Positions 29,088 to 39,027 of a stretch of 64,000 bases of DNA are shown in pieces. Each line of letters starts with the position of its first letter. Positions within the stretch are counted from its first letter, which is position 1. Both the position numbers and the translations under genes were made by a program. The DNA is from a virus, in the IMG/VR virus record IMGVR_UViG_3300022562_001814, positions 1 through 64,000 of that record. One strand, 5' to 3'. Under the pieces are notes generated by a model that saw only the letters and a list, made by a program, of their open reading frames with translations, was not told the DNA's origin and did not search any database.

Positions 29088-30727
29088 TGTCTAACGCTCA
29101 TCAATCATTACATGATTTAGTTAAATTATCCCAATCTTTATCTAAATTTGTTGAAGATAATGAAAAAATTTCATTACCTTTATTTACCGCTAAACTTACT
29201 ACGGCACAACAAAATTATCCAGAAGATTATACTATAGGAATGATGTCTACTGTAGTAGGAAGAATGGCTAATTCTGATAAATTATTTATTTCTAGAGCTG
29301 AAATAAAAGATTTATATGAAAAATTCTATAGTAGAAATAATAAATTTGCTAATGTTTTTGAAGAAGAATTAGGACGTCCCGCCAATATATCTCAAACTAC
29401 AGCACAATCTGTAGAAGATAATCATTTTGATCCTATGCAAGAGGCAATTGATACTTTAATAGATCCTGTACTTGCTAGTTCATTAGATCAATTATTTGGT
29501 GGTAATAAAGTTAAAAATTATAGCGAACGTTCAGCCAAAATGGCTTTAAATGCTTGTAATAATAAATTTAAAGAATTAGGATTTAGTGTACAATCGGAAG
29601 TATTATGCAGTAAAAATAATGTTTTTATTTGTTCGGTTGCATTTGAAACTCCTCGCGGTTCAACTTCAGTATTTGTGCCAGTTGAAACTATTGATAATCA
29701 GGTTTATTCTCCTTCAGTTTTTGTAGGTAATACTGGGTCAGAAGAAATTTCTAAAGAAGCTATAGTAGCATATTTAACATCTAAAGCAGGTGAAAAGCTT
29801 TCCTTAAGAGCAGAAGAAATTTTAGAAGCTGCAATTATTGCTAAAGGTGCTGATGAAGAAATCAGTGATGTTGATATAGCTGTTACCAAATTAAATGCCC
29901 AAAAGGAAAATACCGTTGATTATTTAGCTCCACAAGTGTTGGGAGTAGAAATTAAATCCGAAAATCCTAATTTAATGCTCAATTTGCCCGTGAGTGAAGA
30001 CCCGGAAATATCTTCAATCGCAAGAACATTTGAATCAGAGCTTGGATTCGCGAATTTTAAATTTGGATCAGTATTAATTAGAAGAGGCCACGATTTAATT
30101 TCTAATGAATTAGAAAAATGCGGTGTAAATACCTATAGTATTGCCGTTCATGATAGTAATGATGATTCAATTATTTATTCTGTTGCTGTTAATGGTGGTT
30201 CTGTAGCTTTTAAAGTACCACTTAAGATAGAAAATAAAAATATACTCCCACCTTCTATTGTTCTATGCAATGGTTCTGTAAAATCATTTGATAAAACCTC
30301 TATTGCAAATCTTTTACATGAAGAAGGATTTGATAGAGTTGCATCTTTATCGGCATCACCATTATATGGCTTGAAAGCATCAGAATTAGTTAATATTGTA
30401 AGAACTGCCGTCTCTGAAGAAAATTATATTAAAGCCGAAGATGCTTTAAATATTTTGGCAAACTCTGACGATGAAAAAGCATATTCAGTAGCTTTGAATG
30501 TTTTTAAACAAAGTTTAGCTAAACAAGAGATAGCTTCTGAAGAAGTTAATAAATGTTCCATGATTGTTCGTACTAAACATAGTCAATATGATATGTGTGG
30601 ACATACAGGATTACCTCTTCATAAAACATATCAAGACAAAAATGGGCATTGTCAACCCATATATCGTAAAGGTATGGATGAAAGCTATGAAGGCGCAACA
30701 TTTATGAATAGTAAAATTTATCTATAG
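29087..30727 (+). CDS. Hypothetical virion-associated protein with an internal duplicated beta domain
   Basis: CSVAF...VPVETIDNQVYSPSVF resembles YSVAV...VPLKIENKNILPPSIV; C-terminal Cys/His cluster. Confidence 0.6.
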   Translation: MSNAHQSLHDLVKLSQSLSKFVEDNEKISLPLFTAKLTTAQQNYPEDYTIGMMSTVVGRMANSDKLFISRAEIKDLYEKFYSRNNKFANVFEEELGRPANISQTTAQSVEDNHFDPMQEAIDTLIDPVLASSLDQLFGGNKVKNYSERSAKMALNACNNKFKELGFSVQSEVLCSKNNVFICSVAFETPRGSTSVFVPVETIDNQVYSPSVFVGNTGSEEISKEAIVAYLTSKAGEKLSLRAEEILEAAIIAKGADEEISDVDIAVTKLNAQKENTVDYLAPQVLGVEIKSENPNLMLNLPVSEDPEISSIARTFESELGFANFKFGSVLIRRGHDLISNELEKCGVNTYSIAVHDSNDDSIIYSVAVNGGSVAFKVPLKIENKNILPPSIVLCNGSVKSFDKTSIANLLHEEGFDRVASLSASPLYGLKASELVNIVRTAVSEENYIKAEDALNILANSDDEKAYSVALNVFKQSLAKQEIASEEVNKCSMIVRTKHSQYDMCGHTGLPLHKTYQDKNGHCQPIYRKGMDESYEGATFMNSKIYL

Positions 30728-30734
30728 GATTAAA

Positions 30735-31478
30735 ATGGCAGGTCTTAATTTTCAACCAGATGATGCAGAAATAATTAATTTAGCAGAAAAATTTTGCGCA
30801 CGTATAATGCAAAATATTAAACGTGGTCTTGCTAATCCTGATTTAGAAGATAAAGTAACGGATGTATTTAATTCATTGAATGATACATATATGTTATCTA
30901 ATATTTTGGATACTGGTGATAGCAATGATGTTAATAATGTTTTTGCTACATTAACATCAGAAAAATTAGAAGAAATGGCTGCTGTAGCAGCTGCTTTTGA
31001 TGAGTCTGGTGATGATATATTAAAACGTCAAGCATCTGTTCTTGATGAAATTTTACATACATTGGCTTCTCCTAAAGATTATATTTTTAATTTTAAAAAA
31101 GCAGAAGATGAAAAATTAGAAGAATTAAAAAAAAAGTATAAAAACGTCAAAGAAGAATTAGACGAAAATATAGGTGTAAAAGAAGCTTTAGATGCAATTA
31201 AAGAAAGTCCTGTTAATAAAACATATCGACCATTAGAAGCTCCTTTAAGCACGAGAACATGTATCGATCATCCTGGCGCTCAATTATCAAGAATCGGTGA
31301 TAATACGTGGCAATGTAGCCTTGATCACAAAGTATATAATTTTGAAACCGGATTTAATACACTCCACGGTGATAAAGTTCCAGGAGGCTCTGTAAGTGAA
31401 CAAACACCTAAATATTTTCAAGATGGACATCAAATGTTCGATAGTCGAGATGGTAGATTAGGTTTGTTTAGAGAGTAA
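30735..31478 (+). CDS. Hypothetical head-module protein
   Basis: LAEKF leader, helical AAAFDESG module, LSTRTCIDHPG...WQCSLD motif. Confidence 0.6.
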   Translation: MAGLNFQPDDAEIINLAEKFCARIMQNIKRGLANPDLEDKVTDVFNSLNDTYMLSNILDTGDSNDVNNVFATLTSEKLEEMAAVAAAFDESGDDILKRQASVLDEILHTLASPKDYIFNFKKAEDEKLEELKKKYKNVKEELDENIGVKEALDAIKESPVNKTYRPLEAPLSTRTCIDHPGAQLSRIGDNTWQCSLDHKVYNFETGFNTLHGDKVPGGSVSEQTPKYFQDGHQMFDSRDGRLGLFRE

Positions 31479-31496
31479 TGAAACATTGTAAATGAT

Positions 31497-31862
31497 ATGT
31501 CTAAAAGAAAGACTACATATATCTTTATAAAAGAAGCTACCGAAATTCACGGTAATAAATATAGTTATATAGAAACTAAATACAAGAATAATAATACTAA
31601 AGTTATTATTATATGTAATATTTGTGGATATAAATTTAAACAATTGCCAATTAATCATATTAATGCAAAGCAGGGATGTAAAAAATGCGCCGCCTCGCAA
31701 CGTGGAATTAATAGAAGAAAAACAAAAGAAAATTTTATTAAAGAAGCTAATAAAAAACATTGTCATAAATATAATTATTATGAATTTTATGGTGATTATT
31801 GGCACGGAAATCTGAATAAATTCCCACCCAATAAAATAAACAAAGGCGTAAATGAAAAATAA
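31497..31862 (+). pseudogene. Internally deleted DUF723/Vsr-like homing endonuclease
   Basis: FIKEATEIHGNKYSY repeat and CNIC..CKKC abut YEFYGDYWHGN directly, with the intervening catalytic segment missing. Confidence 0.6.
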
Positions 31863-32613
31863 TAGTCTTAATAAAATTATAAATCATCCCGATAAAGATG
31901 AGCTAATATCTAAATTAACATTAAATATAAGTCCAAAAGAAATAAATTCTTGGTTAAAAGACAAATATGAGCAAGTTGGAGATGCCCAATTAATAATTGG
32001 AATTTCATCTTTAAAACAATTTAAAGATGAATATCTTGATGCGTACAAGGCGATACAGGCAGATGCTATAGCATTATATCAATATAATATGGAACCAAGC
32101 GCCTCATCTGATCCATTATCACTAATTAATTCTAATAAAGAATATAAACGTATGCTTCAACAATATTTAGAGCAGGAGGTCGATCTAAAAGTTTTAATGA
32201 AAGAGATGATTGTTGCTGTTAGAGCTAGAATTGAGCAGTTGTTTGTTTTAGTTCAACAAAATCCAGCTAATACCAAACCTGATTATGTATTAATACAGTG
32301 GTTTCAGACACTTACAAATTTATTAGAAAAACAAGAGACTATTATTAATGGTAGTCCTGATAAAATTATACAACAAAATAATATTAATATACAAATTTTA
32401 GATCAACATATTCACGTATTTCATAAAGTAATTCGAGATGTAATTGCTAGATTAGATTATGAGACATCCTTATTATTTGTTGATATTCTTAATGAAGAAT
32501 TAAAAAAATTAAAACCAATGTCAGATAGCCCTCTTCCAATTGATGTTAGGCTTGCTGAGGCTCATAAATTAGAAGAAAAGCTTTCTAATCAATTAGATAG
32601 TCCATCATCTTAA
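31852..32613 (+). CDS. HTH-containing protein, possible terminase small subunit
   Basis: N-terminal HPDKDELISKL..SPKEINSWL HTH-like segment, helical body; inferred from context. Confidence 0.35.
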   Translation: MKNNSLNKIINHPDKDELISKLTLNISPKEINSWLKDKYEQVGDAQLIIGISSLKQFKDEYLDAYKAIQADAIALYQYNMEPSASSDPLSLINSNKEYKRMLQQYLEQEVDLKVLMKEMIVAVRARIEQLFVLVQQNPANTKPDYVLIQWFQTLTNLLEKQETIINGSPDKIIQQNNINIQILDQHIHVFHKVIRDVIARLDYETSLLFVDILNEELKKLKPMSDSPLPIDVRLAEAHKLEEKLSNQLDSPSS

Positions 32614-32660
32614 TTGTTTTAATGCAGGCATTATTTTAGTATTTTCTTGAGGTTTACCTA

Positions 32661-34247
32661 ATGAAACGTGCCTATCCTAATTTTGCTCCTGATAGTGTAT
32701 TTACCAAGCCGTCATATAATTTAAATAAATGGCTTGAAGCGATGCGTGAAATTTATTCCCAAGTACATTACGGTAATCTATTTAAAGATGCTTTTGGCAG
32801 CGTAACATCTGGATGGGATAAAGTAGAAAAACGAGATTTTTCAAATTGGCTTTCTTATTATCAATCGGGCGACCAAAGTAAATATAAAAAAGCAAATTTT
32901 TATGTTAATGATAATATTCCAGGATATTTTTTACCTAATCCAAAACCTGTCGTTCCGCCCGCTATTCCTAATTTAAGCGAACCCACATCTTTGGTTGAAA
33001 ATACTTTACCTACTCAAGTATCTCAAGAACAAAAACGTAAATTAATGGAAGAACAAAGAAAAAAAATTATTGGTAGATTAAATGCAGCCATCAAGCATTT
33101 AACTTCATATGAAGGGCATTTGTTAGCTGGTGGGGAATTTGATAAATTACTAACCAGTATGTATGAATTATTAAGACAAATACAAACTGTTAATAAAATC
33201 AGTCTTTCTAATCAATTATATTATGATCTAATTACACGTCAAGTTAATAAATTAAATAATAATGGATTTAATAAATCCGCACAATTTTTGATTAAATTAG
33301 CTCAAATGCCCGGCGTTCCATTAGAGCCTGGTGTTCCGGGTAAATTAGATTTTCCTCAAGGAGAAATACCAATAGCTTCTCAACAATCTGATGGTGTTGC
33401 TGGCTCATTACCAAATAATATTCCGCCCGCAGCAGTTGTTCCGGCTTCTGATAAATCAGAAGAAAAGGATCCGTTAGATGAATTATTAGATAATTTAGAT
33501 ACTGCCGGGCTAACCGATAGTAATTTAACTGAAGATGAGAGTGAAGATGAGAAAGAGGAAGAGGAAGAAATTGAATTTATTCTTCCTGAAGATGTTGATG
33601 ATCTAGAGATAATTTTAGATGAAGATGATTTATTTGTAGAAGCTCAAATTCAACCACCACATTTAACTAATGAACAAAAATTAGAAGCTGAATTACCTGA
33701 AGTCCCTGAATTAGAACATTCAGAGCCCGCTAAAAATATCGACGCAATCATAGATAACGCATTGTCAAATATAACAATTAAAGATGTAGTTAAAAAAATA
33801 GAAAATGTTAATGCTATATTTCAAAATAGAACAATTGCAAGGGAACTTTCTATTATTGATTTGATGTTATCTACATTAGGTTTATCAAGTTATTTTAATA
33901 ATCTTAGTGAAATTATTCAAAAAAACCACGAAGCTTCAAATTATTCTATCTCACGTTTGTCAGATATATTAATGAAATTACGTGGAGCAATGACAGATGA
34001 TACATTGCCCGAACAAGAACATGAAAATTTAAATCCTGAAATTCAAAAAGTACAAGAAAATTTGGAACGCGCTAAAGAAAAAGAAAATTCTCGCAAAGAA
34101 ATGAGAAAACAATTACAAGAAGAAGCGCTCGATGAAGAAATGAATGACAAAACATCTAAGCCCGAATTACCAACTACAATTCCGCCGCCCGCTACTCAAT
34201 CTCCAAAAGAAGAAATAGCACAAGCCCCAACTCAAATAATACAATAA
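32661..34247 (+). CDS. Hypothetical head-module protein with acidic/Pro-rich linkers
   Basis: GAGGT SD; KRA, KKA, KLAQ and VEAQ sites at segment borders. Confidence 0.65.
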   Translation: MKRAYPNFAPDSVFTKPSYNLNKWLEAMREIYSQVHYGNLFKDAFGSVTSGWDKVEKRDFSNWLSYYQSGDQSKYKKANFYVNDNIPGYFLPNPKPVVPPAIPNLSEPTSLVENTLPTQVSQEQKRKLMEEQRKKIIGRLNAAIKHLTSYEGHLLAGGEFDKLLTSMYELLRQIQTVNKISLSNQLYYDLITRQVNKLNNNGFNKSAQFLIKLAQMPGVPLEPGVPGKLDFPQGEIPIASQQSDGVAGSLPNNIPPAAVVPASDKSEEKDPLDELLDNLDTAGLTDSNLTEDESEDEKEEEEEIEFILPEDVDDLEIILDEDDLFVEAQIQPPHLTNEQKLEAELPEVPELEHSEPAKNIDAIIDNALSNITIKDVVKKIENVNAIFQNRTIARELSIIDLMLSTLGLSSYFNNLSEIIQKNHEASNYSISRLSDILMKLRGAMTDDTLPEQEHENLNPEIQKVQENLERAKEKENSRKEMRKQLQEEALDEEMNDKTSKPELPTTIPPPATQSPKEEIAQAPTQIIQ

Positions 34248-34251
34248 ATTT

Positions 34252-35025
34252 ATGCCTATTAAAACGCTTTTACAATTACTTTATAAAGTATCAATGGAAA
34301 AAGGCGTTAGTCATCCTTTAATAGTTGGTGGTGTACCTAGAGATAAATTATTAGGTTTATCTAATTCATCTTTTAGTGATATTGATATTACAACTGGCGA
34401 TGAAACTATTTTTTATTTAGCAAAGGAATTTGGTTTTGAATTACGTAAAATCCAACCTGTTACTATAAAACAAGCTTTAGATGGACATGTTTCTCTTTAT
34501 TTAAAAGATATTAAAATAGATTTTTCAAGCCATTTTCTTGTTCCTGATATTGTAAATATATTAAAAAATCAGGGCATTAGAAATCCTTCCAATATGTTAC
34601 AAGAATTATATAGTAGAGATTTTTTTTGTAATACATTATTAATGTCTTTAGATTTTAAAAAAATAAAAGATTTAACAGGAGAAGCTGTCAAAGATTTGAA
34701 AAATAAAACTATTAGAACTTGTTTAGCTCCAGAATTGACCTTTAAACATAATACCAATAGAATTGTTAGAGTTTTATATTTATCCGCTAAATTAGATTTC
34801 AATGTTGATAATTCTATCATTGAATGGATTAAAAATAATCAAAATTTTATGTTACAGTCTAAAACATCATATCTAATAAAAAATTTAGATAAAGCAATGA
34901 CTATAGATTCTGATAGAACTTTATATTTAATAAATAAAATGGATTTATGGAAATATATTCCAATAACAGATAAATTATTACCATATTATAATAAAAGACA
35001 CAGGTTTAATAATGTTAGAAAATAA
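34252..35025 (+). CDS. tRNA nucleotidyltransferase / poly(A) polymerase family protein
   Basis: IVGGVPRDKLLG..SDIDI, SRDFFCN, NRIVRV. Confidence 0.85.
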   Translation: MPIKTLLQLLYKVSMEKGVSHPLIVGGVPRDKLLGLSNSSFSDIDITTGDETIFYLAKEFGFELRKIQPVTIKQALDGHVSLYLKDIKIDFSSHFLVPDIVNILKNQGIRNPSNMLQELYSRDFFCNTLLMSLDFKKIKDLTGEAVKDLKNKTIRTCLAPELTFKHNTNRIVRVLYLSAKLDFNVDNSIIEWIKNNQNFMLQSKTSYLIKNLDKAMTIDSDRTLYLINKMDLWKYIPITDKLLPYYNKRHRFNNVRK

Positions 35026-35194
35026 ATTATCTCAATGGAGAACTAATTATGATTATCCTTATGAGGGTTTATATACTAATTTAAATAAATATAAATCTGT
35101 AATAGAGTTTAGAAAAAAGAGAAGATTAAAAAGAAAAAAAGATATACAAAATATACTTAATAGTCGACCAGATAGATATAAATCAGAAAAATGA
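35012..35194 (+). CDS. Small basic hypothetical protein
   Basis: 60-aa ORF overlapping both neighbours. Confidence 0.5.
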   Translation: MLENKLSQWRTNYDYPYEGLYTNLNKYKSVIEFRKKRRLKRKKDIQNILNSRPDRYKSEK

Positions 35195-35682
35195 AAAAAA
35201 TTAGAAAACTTGCAATTATTAGAGATAATGAAAATAGTCCGTGTCCTTTTGGGTTACCAATTACGGTTGCATGCCATTCTGTAGGTAATGCGGTAGATAA
35301 AATGCAAGTTTTAAATTTTGATGCACCTGATTCTCAAATAAAATTAGAAAATCAAAAAATTTGGCAAGATAATATTGAGAATAAAAAATGTAAATATGCC
35401 GCCCATTTATTTAAAAATAAAACAAAAGTTGTAGATTGTGATTTTGGTGATACGGCAGCTGGGTTATCACAAGATGGTGTTTTTACGGCTCTACCATATT
35501 ACAATGATTTATTTGAAGGATTAGGAATGAGTGGTTTATTAACTTATCCTCCAGCCGGAGATGGTGATATGCCTCAAATTCGTAATTTATATTATGGAAT
35601 GCAAGGTTGGGCACATAAAAGGCATTTTAAATCGATTTTAAGACAGGGATTATTAAAAGCCCTACATTCTATTAAAAGCTAA
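35191..35682 (+). CDS. Hypothetical Cys-containing protein
   Basis: CPFGLPI..AC motif; 163 aa. Confidence 0.6.
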   Translation: MKKIRKLAIIRDNENSPCPFGLPITVACHSVGNAVDKMQVLNFDAPDSQIKLENQKIWQDNIENKKCKYAAHLFKNKTKVVDCDFGDTAAGLSQDGVFTALPYYNDLFEGLGMSGLLTYPPAGDGDMPQIRNLYYGMQGWAHKRHFKSILRQGLLKALHSIKS

Positions 35683-35728
35683 TAATCTTGTATATCCTTG
35701 AATTATTCTATTAATTTAGAGGTTTTTA

Positions 35729-36574
35729 ATGCCCATGTACAAGATTGCACAATTTAATAATGCAGATGATTTAACCGTTGATCTACCGGAAAATGATGAC
35801 GAACAAGTCGTTTTTTATACGGATTTGCCAACAACTGAAGAAGTTGTGGAAATGCATGAACCAATTGAAAAAGAAGTGTCATTTGCCTTACCATTTTTGC
35901 CAGGCGCTGAAGATTTACCAGAAATTTCTGGAGAAGATTTAGAAGTTTCTGAAGATGAAGATTCTGATAAAGACAAAGATAAAGAAAAAAATGAAGTTAG
36001 TCCAAAAGAATTTGTTAATTGGATGCAAAGCTATTTGGAAAAAATTCCCAAACATAAAGGTGAAACTGTTGGTTTAGAACGTGCATTATCCTACCTAAAA
36101 CGTGGCATGGGAATGTTATCTAAAATTTTACAACAAGATTTTGATGGAGAAATAGACATTTCAAAAGCAGAAGATGCTAGAATTGAAATGGAAAATGGAA
36201 TTGATAGATTGGAAAAAGAATTACATAAACGCAGAAAAAAAGCATCTGTGGAAGATAATTCTCTTACTAAAGAAGCACAAAAACTTCCAGCAGTTGGTGG
36301 AATAATAGTCACCGTTCCTATTCTTATTTCTCGTATTGCAAGAGTATGTATTAATGGTACTATTTATGGCGGTAAATCTATTGAAGATTTATTTCATCGC
36401 CAAGCAGAAAAATATAAATTAACAGATCGTGAAAAAGTTGAAGTGATTCAATTAATTACTGACATGGGGTATCCGGTATCACAATTAGATCGTGGATTCT
36501 TAGTTGATGATAAAGAAGAATACAAACGACCATCCACAAACAACTATGATTACCCGGCTAATTATAGTTCATAA
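35729..36574 (+). CDS. Hypothetical head-module protein
   Basis: GAGG SD; KIAQ at the N-terminus; KKAS and KEAQ internally. Confidence 0.65.
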   Translation: MPMYKIAQFNNADDLTVDLPENDDEQVVFYTDLPTTEEVVEMHEPIEKEVSFALPFLPGAEDLPEISGEDLEVSEDEDSDKDKDKEKNEVSPKEFVNWMQSYLEKIPKHKGETVGLERALSYLKRGMGMLSKILQQDFDGEIDISKAEDARIEMENGIDRLEKELHKRRKKASVEDNSLTKEAQKLPAVGGIIVTVPILISRIARVCINGTIYGGKSIEDLFHRQAEKYKLTDREKVEVIQLITDMGYPVSQLDRGFLVDDKEEYKRPSTNNYDYPANYSS

Positions 36575-36582
36575 GGATTTTT

Positions 36583-37146
36583 ATGTCAAATAAATATAAT
36601 TCACGATATTTGCCAGTAGTATCACGAGACGAATCATTTACTGAGCAAACGTCTTCGTCTCCTTGGTGTGATGAATTTTTGAAAAATTATAATCAAAGCT
36701 CAACGTCAAATTCTATTTATGATGAAATATCTGCTATACTTAATAATAGTAAATCTAAATTTTCTAGTGTTGAAGAAGCGGTAAAAGATTTAAAAGAACG
36801 AACCGGGTTAGATATTTATTTAGAGTCATTTGCTTCAATAAAAGAACCAGAAATATTTAAAAAAATTCCAGAAATGAGAATATTTATTGAAAATTATATT
36901 GAAGATCATCCGGGAACCTCCATTGAATCAGTAGTTTATGAAATTCTAAATAAAGATCATTTTAAAGAACAATTACCGGATAATTCCGATGTTGAAAATG
37001 AAGTAAAGCAATTTATTAATAATAAATTATCTGATGTTTATGTAACTTTGCCAGATAATATAAATATGCATGTTGGAAAAGTTGATCAATCAAGCGAAAA
37101 TGAAGTTGATGATCCTTTAAAAATATGTGAACCCAATAAAGTTTAA
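36583..37146 (+). CDS. Hypothetical head-module protein
   Basis: SSVEEAVKDLKERTGL motif; AAGGA SD. Confidence 0.6.
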   Translation: MSNKYNSRYLPVVSRDESFTEQTSSSPWCDEFLKNYNQSSTSNSIYDEISAILNNSKSKFSSVEEAVKDLKERTGLDIYLESFASIKEPEIFKKIPEMRIFIENYIEDHPGTSIESVVYEILNKDHFKEQLPDNSDVENEVKQFINNKLSDVYVTLPDNINMHVGKVDQSSENEVDDPLKICEPNKV

Positions 37147-37181
37147 TATTACATATCATATGTGATATAGATATTAATGTT

Positions 37182-39023
37182 ATGCCAGATGACACGTTTG
37201 ATAAAATTAAAAATTCTATATTAAATTTAGATCCTGTTGTCTGGGCACAAAATAATTTAACTTTAGATGGCAAACCTTTTAGATTAGTTGAAACTGGGTA
37301 TAAACCAATTGTTGATATATTACGTTATATTTGCGTTAAGGGATTAGATAGAAATTCTAAACCTGTTATTTGGGTAAAAGGACGTCAGGTAGCAGGAACA
37401 ACAACAGCTGGTGTAAGCTCTTTATATATGTTAGCTTCAGAGATATTCGGTAACGAATATAGTCCGCCTATTAGAGTTGTACATTTGTGGCCAACGCTAG
37501 ATCGAGCAGCTGCTTATTCTAAAACAAAATTAGCTGCTATGATAGACAATTCTGTTATGGTGGACGATCCTTCTGGAAAAAAAGGTAAAAAACCGTTAGT
37601 TAGATCTTTATTAGATACATCTTCTCCCACCAATGATAATATACAATTTAAACAATTTAAAGGTGGTAATCATATTTGGATTGAATCTGCCGGATTAGAT
37701 GGTTCTAGATTACGCGGTAAGACAGCAGATGTATTATTGATTGATGAGTGCCAGGAAATTCCTGGAACAGCCATAGCCAATGCAACAAAAATTTTAACTA
37801 AAGCACAATACGGTGTTTTAGGTGAAGGTATGCAAATGTATTTTGGTACACCTTTACAACGTGGTTCTGAATTTTGGAATCTTTGGCAAAAGTCCTCACA
37901 ACAATATTATCATCTTGGTTGTGAAAAATGTGCAAAATATTTTCCACTCTATACTCCAGGATCTGATGAATGGGAATCCATTTGGTTATATGAAAATATA
38001 GTTAAATGTACACATTGCGGTTGCGAACAAGATAGAATGGAAGGAGTTAATAGAGGCAAATGGATTCCAATTAAAGATCCAGAAGATGCTAAATTTATTG
38101 GATTTCATTTAAATCAACTTTATTTACCAGAATTTACTAAAGAAAAAATTTTAGATCAAAAGCCAGGTAATTCGGCAATTAATACTGAAAGAACTTATCA
38201 AAATGAAGTTCTAGGTGAATTTTTTCAAGGAGAAGCCGGTATTATTACTCCAGAGGAAATCAGAAATATATGTGGAGATCCTAAAAGAAAATTTAGAGGT
38301 ACAGTTGGTCCTAACGAAGAGATTATAACCTTTTTAGGTATAGATATTGGTGCTAAAGCCGATTTAGAACAATTGGTTAATTCAGATAAAGTAAAAAGAC
38401 AAGGACAAAGTTATAGTACTGCTGTAGTATTATCTTTAACTGGTCCTGGCAGACTTTCAATTGAGTATGCTTTTAAATTTAAAAGAAATGATTTAGCTAG
38501 TAAAAAAAGTGTATTAGATGAAACAATAAAAAGATACAGATGTAAATTAGCAATATGTGATATTGGTTATGCCCATGATTTTAATGAAATTATGCAAACC
38601 GAATATGGCGATATGTTCATTGCTTCACAGGCTTCAGGTAAAGTAAATAATAAAGTAAAATATAATGGTGATATTTTTCCAAAAGTTGTTTCTTTCGAAA
38701 GAGATTTTTGGATAATGGAACTTTATGAGCAAATGAAAAAAGGATTAATAAGATTTCCTTTAGGCAGTTATGAACAAATTGCTTGGTTAATACAACATTG
38801 TTCAAATATGGAAATTAAGCCAAGTGTTTCTAGAAGCGGTGATGTAAGTCCACACTACATAAAATCGGATGTAAATGATGGATTTATGGCATTATTAAAT
38901 GCCTATATTGCTTATAAATTTTATATTTCTAAAGGATTTCAAATAATTAATCCATTGTTACAAGATGTTTCGGCGAAAGCTAAAAATAAACCATCTGTAA
39001 TAGCGGTATATTCTGATAGGTAA
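37182..39023 (+). CDS. terL: Terminase large subunit (gpA-like)
   Basis: VKGRQVAGTT, LLIDECQE Walker B, FGTP, CxxC pairs, nuclease LGIDIG; directly upstream of the portal gene. Confidence 0.88.
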   Translation: MPDDTFDKIKNSILNLDPVVWAQNNLTLDGKPFRLVETGYKPIVDILRYICVKGLDRNSKPVIWVKGRQVAGTTTAGVSSLYMLASEIFGNEYSPPIRVVHLWPTLDRAAAYSKTKLAAMIDNSVMVDDPSGKKGKKPLVRSLLDTSSPTNDNIQFKQFKGGNHIWIESAGLDGSRLRGKTADVLLIDECQEIPGTAIANATKILTKAQYGVLGEGMQMYFGTPLQRGSEFWNLWQKSSQQYYHLGCEKCAKYFPLYTPGSDEWESIWLYENIVKCTHCGCEQDRMEGVNRGKWIPIKDPEDAKFIGFHLNQLYLPEFTKEKILDQKPGNSAINTERTYQNEVLGEFFQGEAGIITPEEIRNICGDPKRKFRGTVGPNEEIITFLGIDIGAKADLEQLVNSDKVKRQGQSYSTAVVLSLTGPGRLSIEYAFKFKRNDLASKKSVLDETIKRYRCKLAICDIGYAHDFNEIMQTEYGDMFIASQASGKVNNKVKYNGDIFPKVVSFERDFWIMELYEQMKKGLIRFPLGSYEQIAWLIQHCSNMEIKPSVSRSGDVSPHYIKSDVNDGFMALLNAYIAYKFYISKGFQIINPLLQDVSAKAKNKPSVIAVYSDR

Positions 39024-39027
39024 ACAA

